Positions 59,500 to 64,000 of a stretch of 64,000 bases of DNA are shown here, piece by piece. Origin of the DNA: Candidatus Zixiibacteriota bacterium. Lineage in GTDB: Bacteria > Zixibacteria > MSB-5A5 > CAIYYT01. Each line of letters starts with the position of its first letter. The first letter of the stretch is position 1. The stretch spans positions 2,964 through 66,963 of the forward strand of contig JBECKX010000199.1 of the NCBI GenBank assembly GCA_040235515.1, given 5' to 3'. Made by a program: the position numbers and the translations under genes. A model generated the notes under the pieces. That model saw nothing but the letters and a program-made list of their open reading frames with translations. It ran no database searches and was not told the origin of the DNA.

Positions 59500-59818
59500 C
59501 CCTCGGGTCAGAAGAAGACTTACATAGATGCCAGGGATTGTCCGTCGGCAAAGCGCAAGATCTCCGCAGCAGCGTTGCTCGGCGTTTGTGTGAGGGTGCC
59601 GGCGGACTTTCCAGTTAACTCCGCATCACCAGAAAATCGCAACCCTGATAGGGGCAGCCCCAGGCGCTGCTTGGATGAAGATCTGAGCAGCGCCTGCCAT
59701 TGTGGTTCTTGAGCTCCCCACAGCTCTGGTGCAAGAGGCAATTGTCTCACCTACCCCCACATCGCAACTTTTCCTGCGATTGAATCAATTTGCCCGAATA
59801 ATCTGCATCTACTTTGGA

Positions 59819-61216
59819 ATGAAACCGTATCCTCTTGCTATGGCTCAGCAAGACACGGTTAAGCAGCGCGCCGACTATACCGAGGGATCGATCATCGGTT
59901 CGATCCTCAAGATGGGGCTGCCCTCAATGTTCGGATTCCTGGCGCAACATATCTACTCAATGGTTGATATGTTCTGGGTGTCGCGTCTCGAGTCAGGCAC
60001 TTCGGCGGTCGCCGCGGTGACCTTCTTCGGGAATCTTCTGTGGATGCTCTTTTCGTTCAATCAACTCGTCGGTCCCGGATCGATTGCCGTCATCTCCCGA
60101 CGCTACGGCGAGAAAGATTTCGATCAGGCCGAGACGGCGATCAAAGAGACATTCCTGCTCAAGCTGATCTTCGGTACGCCCCTGGCTATTGTTGGCTGGA
60201 TATTCATGCCGGAGGCGCTTACGATCCTGGGCGCCGAAGGCGATGCCCTTACGCTTGGTATCACCTACGGCAGGATACTGATCGTCGGTCTCCCGGTGAT
60301 GTATGTAACCTATTCGATTTTCACGGCTTTACGCGGGGTGGCCAATCCACACTGGGCGATGGGCTTGATGATCGGTTCGAATGTCTTGAATCTGATTCTC
60401 GATCCGCTTCTGATGTTCGGCTGGGGACCGTTGCCGAAGTGGGAGATCGCCGGTGCCGCAATTGCTTCTGTGACCAGCTTCACGGTGGTATGCGCCATCG
60501 GAATTGCGATGTTCTTCACGGATCGCTTCAATGTCCAGCTCCACCTGCGAAGCGTGGTATCGATTTCAAGGAGATCGATGTGGAAGATCGTCAAGATCGG
60601 CATTCCCGCCTGGCTGGGTGACATGTCCCTTTCTGGTTCAAGACTGCTCCTCACCCCGATCGTTGCAAGTTTCGGGACCGCCGTCGTCGCAGCATACGGC
60701 GTCGGAACGCAGTTCTTCGGTTTCGGAATCATGATCCTGGTCGGGATGGGACTGGGGCTTTCTTCGCTGATCGGGCACAATCTGGGTGGCAACAAACTGC
60801 AACGCGCCAAGACCACTGCCGACCACTCGATCTTGCTGGGGATCGGGACGATGACCCTCTTTGGACTCGTTTGTTTCATCTTCGCCCGCTTCTTTATGGG
60901 CTTGTTCTTCGATACACCCGCCCCAATCGAGCATGGGGTAGAGCTATTGCGAATCTTCGCCATCGGTATGCCCTTCTTCGGCGGCCTGATCATGCTTGAG
61001 ACGATCCACAGCGGCGTCGGATTGAACACTCCCTACATGGTCATCTCGACTATCAATTCCTGGGGTTTTCAACTTCTGCCGGCGCTGGTCCTTACGCAGT
61101 TCCTCGGATTCGACCAATCGGCGGTCTGGTGGTGCGCGAGTATCTCCGGAGCGCTGGCGACTGCGATCTTCTACATCTACTACCGTCGTGGCAGATGGCT
61201 GACGATAAAGGTCTGA
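59819..61216 (+). CDS. MATE-family efflux transporter.
   Basis: An internal ATG at 59819 is the likely start. The protein has 12 transmembrane helices. The MATE N-terminal block reads IIGSILKMGLPSMFGFLAQHIYSMVDMFWVSRL. Confidence 0.82.
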   Translation: MKPYPLAMAQQDTVKQRADYTEGSIIGSILKMGLPSMFGFLAQHIYSMVDMFWVSRLESGTSAVAAVTFFGNLLWMLFSFNQLVGPGSIAVISRRYGEKDFDQAETAIKETFLLKLIFGTPLAIVGWIFMPEALTILGAEGDALTLGITYGRILIVGLPVMYVTYSIFTALRGVANPHWAMGLMIGSNVLNLILDPLLMFGWGPLPKWEIAGAAIASVTSFTVVCAIGIAMFFTDRFNVQLHLRSVVSISRRSMWKIVKIGIPAWLGDMSLSGSRLLLTPIVASFGTAVVAAYGVGTQFFGFGIMILVGMGLGLSSLIGHNLGGNKLQRAKTTADHSILLGIGTMTLFGLVCFIFARFFMGLFFDTPAPIEHGVELLRIFAIGMPFFGGLIMLETIHSGVGLNTPYMVISTINSWGFQLLPALVLTQFLGFDQSAVWWCASISGALATAIFYIYYRRGRWLTIKV

Positions 61217-61351
61217 TCGAATACGTATTGCTCCAACTTTGCGCTCGGATCGATTGACTTCCGTTGCCACACCCGTTTATTTCGTATCACATCGGTCGGC
61301 TCTGTTGTTTAGTCGACGCGAATCGCATTTGGAACCTAGGAGCTGTAATTA

Positions 61352-61942
61352 ATGCCGGGAAAGAACGATCAAGCGTCTGGTACTCTGGACAAAGAAAAAC
61401 TCAAAAAGCTATACTCTCAGATTCTTACCGAGATAGGTGAGGACCCCACCAGGGAGGGTCTGCGCGAAACCCCACGGCGGGTTGCCGGCGCGCTCGAATT
61501 CCTGACTGCCGGCTACCATCAGGATGTCGAACAGGTCGTCAATGGCGCAATCTTCGAATCTGACAGCAGCGAGATGGTGGTTGTGAAGAACATCGAACTC
61601 TATTCGATGTGCGAGCACCACCTGCTACCCTTCTTCGGCAAGTGTCATGTGGGGTATATTCCCAATGGTAAAGTGATCGGGCTTTCCAAGGTTGCGCGGA
61701 TTGTGGATGTTTTCGCGCGCCGGCTGCAGATTCAGGAGAACCTGACCAAACAAATCGCCGAGACAATCCAACAGCACACCGAGGCGCTCGGAGTTGCCGT
61801 AGTGATTGAGGCCCAGCATCTTTGCATGATGATGCGCGGCGTCGAGAAGCAGAACTCTGTCATGGTGACTTCCGCAGTCCTGGGTGAACTCCACGACAGC
61901 CCCGCCACCCGCGCAGAATTCTTCTCGTTGATTCATCGCTAG
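61352..61942 (+). CDS. folE: GTP cyclohydrolase I.
   Basis: An AGGAG ribosome-binding site is present. The CEHHLLPF zinc-site motif and [15 protein letters not shown] are present. Confidence 0.93.
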   Translation: MPGKNDQASGTLDKEKLKKLYSQILTEIGEDPTREGLRETPRRVAGALEFLTAGYHQDVEQVVNGAIFESDSSEMVVVKNIELYSMCEHHLLPFFGKCHVGYIPNGKVIGLSKVARIVDVFARRLQIQENLTKQIAETIQQHTEALGVAVVIEAQHLCMMMRGVEKQNSVMVTSAVLGELHDSPATRAEFFSLIHR

Positions 61943-62000
61943 CCATTCGCGTGCGAATGCCGACAAATCAGACAAGGAGTTACTTCTACCTGCAGGGTCT

Positions 62001-62861
62001 ATGATAGATTTTCAGAATGAATACAGTCACTGGCGCGAACTGGGCAGGGTCGAGCCGAATCGTCTGACCGCTGCCAGGCTCAACCTGCACTATGCAGCTC
62101 AGATCGTTTCCGCCGTCGGTGCCACCCTCTTGCCGCCGCAGCCGGATGACAGCCACACCAACCTGGAGTGGCTTCCCAGTCATGGGGTGCTCGCCGGAAA
62201 TCTGATCGACTGGGAGCAACCATTCCGGGCCGCCGTTCGGGCGTATAATCTGACCCTGCAACTCCTCGATGCTGATCATAACGTGCTGGCGGAACAATCG
62301 CTCATCAACATGAAGTACGATGACGGTATCGCGTGGATGACCGGGCAAATAGAAAATCACTCCGGTTCATCGCTCAAACGCAAGCTCGTCCGCCGTGAAT
62401 ACGATCTGCCGGATCATCCGCTGGCTAAGGGTGAGCCGTTTACCGTGGATACTTTTCAGCTCAAGGAACTGGCTCTCTGGTTTGCCAACGCTGATCTGCT
62501 GTTGCAGGCGGTAGCACGGCAGGAGTCATTGCTCTCGGCGGTGCGCTGCTGGCCGCATCACTTCGACATCGCTACTATCATTGACTGCGGCGACGGTAAG
62601 TCGATCGGTATCGGCCTGGAGCCGGGGGATGATTACTTCGATCAGCCATACTGGTATGTGCGCGGTTATCCGAATCCGCAGTCTTCCGAGTTGCCCGACC
62701 TCGCCGGAGGCGGTAACTGGCACGTCAGGGATTGGCAGGGCGCGGTGCTGCCCGGCACCGAGATTGTCGGCGCCTCTCGCGGGGACCAACAATGTCGCCA
62801 GGTAGGGGAATTCCTTAACTCCGCAATCGCTGCCTGTAAAACGATGCTCGGCGTCGGTTAG
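62001..62861 (+). CDS. Hypothetical protein.
   Basis: A 286-aa ORF with coding-like composition. I recognised no motif. Confidence 0.4.
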   Translation: MIDFQNEYSHWRELGRVEPNRLTAARLNLHYAAQIVSAVGATLLPPQPDDSHTNLEWLPSHGVLAGNLIDWEQPFRAAVRAYNLTLQLLDADHNVLAEQSLINMKYDDGIAWMTGQIENHSGSSLKRKLVRREYDLPDHPLAKGEPFTVDTFQLKELALWFANADLLLQAVARQESLLSAVRCWPHHFDIATIIDCGDGKSIGIGLEPGDDYFDQPYWYVRGYPNPQSSELPDLAGGGNWHVRDWQGAVLPGTEIVGASRGDQQCRQVGEFLNSAIAACKTMLGVG

Positions 62862-63017
62862 CTCGCTTCAGAGCCGCGCCAAATCGACCTCCGCCTACGA
62901 TCTACACAACTATTGACACACAATAATCAACCTGATATTTTCGCCACCAATTGCAGGCGGGTATTGCTCAAGACGCATGGTTAAACCGCTCTTCTCCCGT
63001 CTGCGGAAAGGTGACGA

Positions 63018-64000
63018 ATGCCACGCCCGATACAATTCGATGAGAAGGGGAATGTTCTTCTTTCTGTAAATCTCCCGGCACTTTTGAAGGTGACAATTAT
63101 CGCTGCACTGGCGGCTGCGAGCTATTTCCTGCCGTTGCCCGGCCTCGAAACCGGGTCGAGAATCTGCCTGATGATCTTTGTCGGTGCGGCGGGCCTCTGG
63201 GTAACCGAAGCGATTCCCCCGTTCGCTACCGGAACGATGGTGATCGTACTCTGTATCTACCTGCTCGGCATTCAGGCAGAGAGCCTCGGCTTATCGCCTG
63301 AGGACGCAGTCCACGGTTACCGGATATTCCTCAACCCGATCGCGTCGCCGGTGCTGGTGCTATTCTTCGGCGGATTCATCCTCGCCATCGGCGCTGCCAA
63401 ACATGGTTTCGATGTGCGTCTGGCGAAAGCTTTTCTCCGGCCTTTCGGACAGAAGCCAAAAATGGTGCTGCTCGGTATCATCATTATCACCGGCGCCTTT
63501 TCGATGTTCATGTCGAACACTGCGACGACTGCGATGATGATCGCCATCCTTGGACCACTCTTCTCCCGCTTTGAAGGCCGTGATCCCTTCAAGCGCGCGC
63601 TGGTGCTTTCGGTACCGTTTGCAGCGAACATCGGTGGTATCGGCACGATCATCGGCACGCCGCCCAATGCGGTTGCGGCCTCGGTTCTGGGTGAGTCAGG
63701 CTACCCGATCAGCTTCTTTCAGTGGATGCTGATTGGCGTTCCGGTCGTTATAGTTCTGCTCTTCTTCCTCTGGTTCATGCTGATCACGATCTTCAAGCCG
63801 CGTTCAGATGAGTTGGAGTTACTCTTTCCGGAAAAGACAGAGATGACGTGGGACTTGCTCCTGGTCGTTATCACCTTCATCGTGACCATAGGAATGTGGC
63901 TGACACAACCGCTGCACGGGCTACCATCGGCCGTGACCGCCTTGCTCCCGATCATGATATTCACGATGTTCGGTATTATTGATCGTGATGATTTGCGCTC
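63018..64000 (+). CDS. DASS/SLC13-family anion:Na+ symporter. The 3' end is truncated by the window edge.
   Basis: My own translation from the ATG at 63018 is open to the window end. Conserved DASS blocks are present (FSMFMSNTATTAMMIAILGPL and VPFAANIGGIGTIIGTPPNAVAA). Confidence 0.75.
   Translation, partial: MPRPIQFDEKGNVLLSVNLPALLKVTIIAALAAASYFLPLPGLETGSRICLMIFVGAAGLWVTEAIPPFATGTMVIVLCIYLLGIQAESLGLSPEDAVHGYRIFLNPIASPVLVLFFGGFILAIGAAKHGFDVRLAKAFLRPFGQKPKMVLLGIIIITGAFSMFMSNTATTAMMIAILGPLFSRFEGRDPFKRALVLSVPFAANIGGIGTIIGTPPNAVAASVLGESGYPISFFQWMLIGVPVVIVLLFFLWFMLITIFKPRSDELELLFPEKTEMTWDLLLVVITFIVTIGMWLTQPLHGLPSAVTALLPIMIFTMFGIIDRDDLR

Noticed and set aside
1-64000. Search for tRNA, tmRNA, RNase P, SRP or rRNA signatures in every ORF-free gap.
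   Set aside because: No GTTCGAATC-type T-loop or other diagnostic RNA motif was seen by eye. Absence is not proof and should be confirmed with tRNAscan/Infernal.

Overview
The window is 64 kb of a high-G+C bacterial chromosome, probably from an uncultivated or poorly characterised lineage. It is densely packed with protein-coding genes. I found no rRNA or tRNA genes and no CRISPR array.

Housekeeping and envelope content:
- typA/bipA GTPase, ssb, serine O-acetyltransferase (cysE), and the pyruvate dehydrogenase operon aceE-aceF-lpdA followed by a cupin.
- msrA, folE, an LpxL-family lipid A acyltransferase and an AsmA-family protein.
- An RND efflux pair, a MacA/MacB-like adaptor with two FtsX-type permeases, and MATE, AI-2E, DMT, SSF and DASS transporters.

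Accessory-looking content:
- Low-G+C insertion (about 1.1-3.5 kb). It holds an IS1595-family transposase broken by a single in-frame TAA, translationally coupled to a phage/plasmid-type P63C-domain gene. A 47-aa orphan ORF with a strong ribosome-binding site lies nearby.
- MBOAT plus membrane-anchored SGNH-hydrolase pair (PatA/PatB-, AlgI/AlgJ- or DltB/DltD-like surface-polymer acylation module).
- Na+/solute symporter whose stop overlaps the start of an outer-membrane beta-barrel gene (GTGA).
- GntR regulator with a perfect 14-bp palindrome operator, ATGA-coupled to a secreted beta-lactamase-family serine hydrolase.
- Two paralogous Ser/Thr kinase / TolB-like / TPR proteins on opposite strands bracketing about 8 kb. 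That segment contains a dockerin-repeat secreted protein and a secreted coiled-coil protein. It also contains a GT-A-like protein and a GluR0-type glutamate-receptor-like K+ channel with a TVGYGD filter. The last block is an ATPase-less metal importer (TroA/ZnuA-like binding protein plus permease) with a His-rich outer-membrane barrel and a tiny Cys/His-rich membrane protein, preceded by overlapping palindromes.

Functions are inferred from motifs read by eye; no database search was possible.
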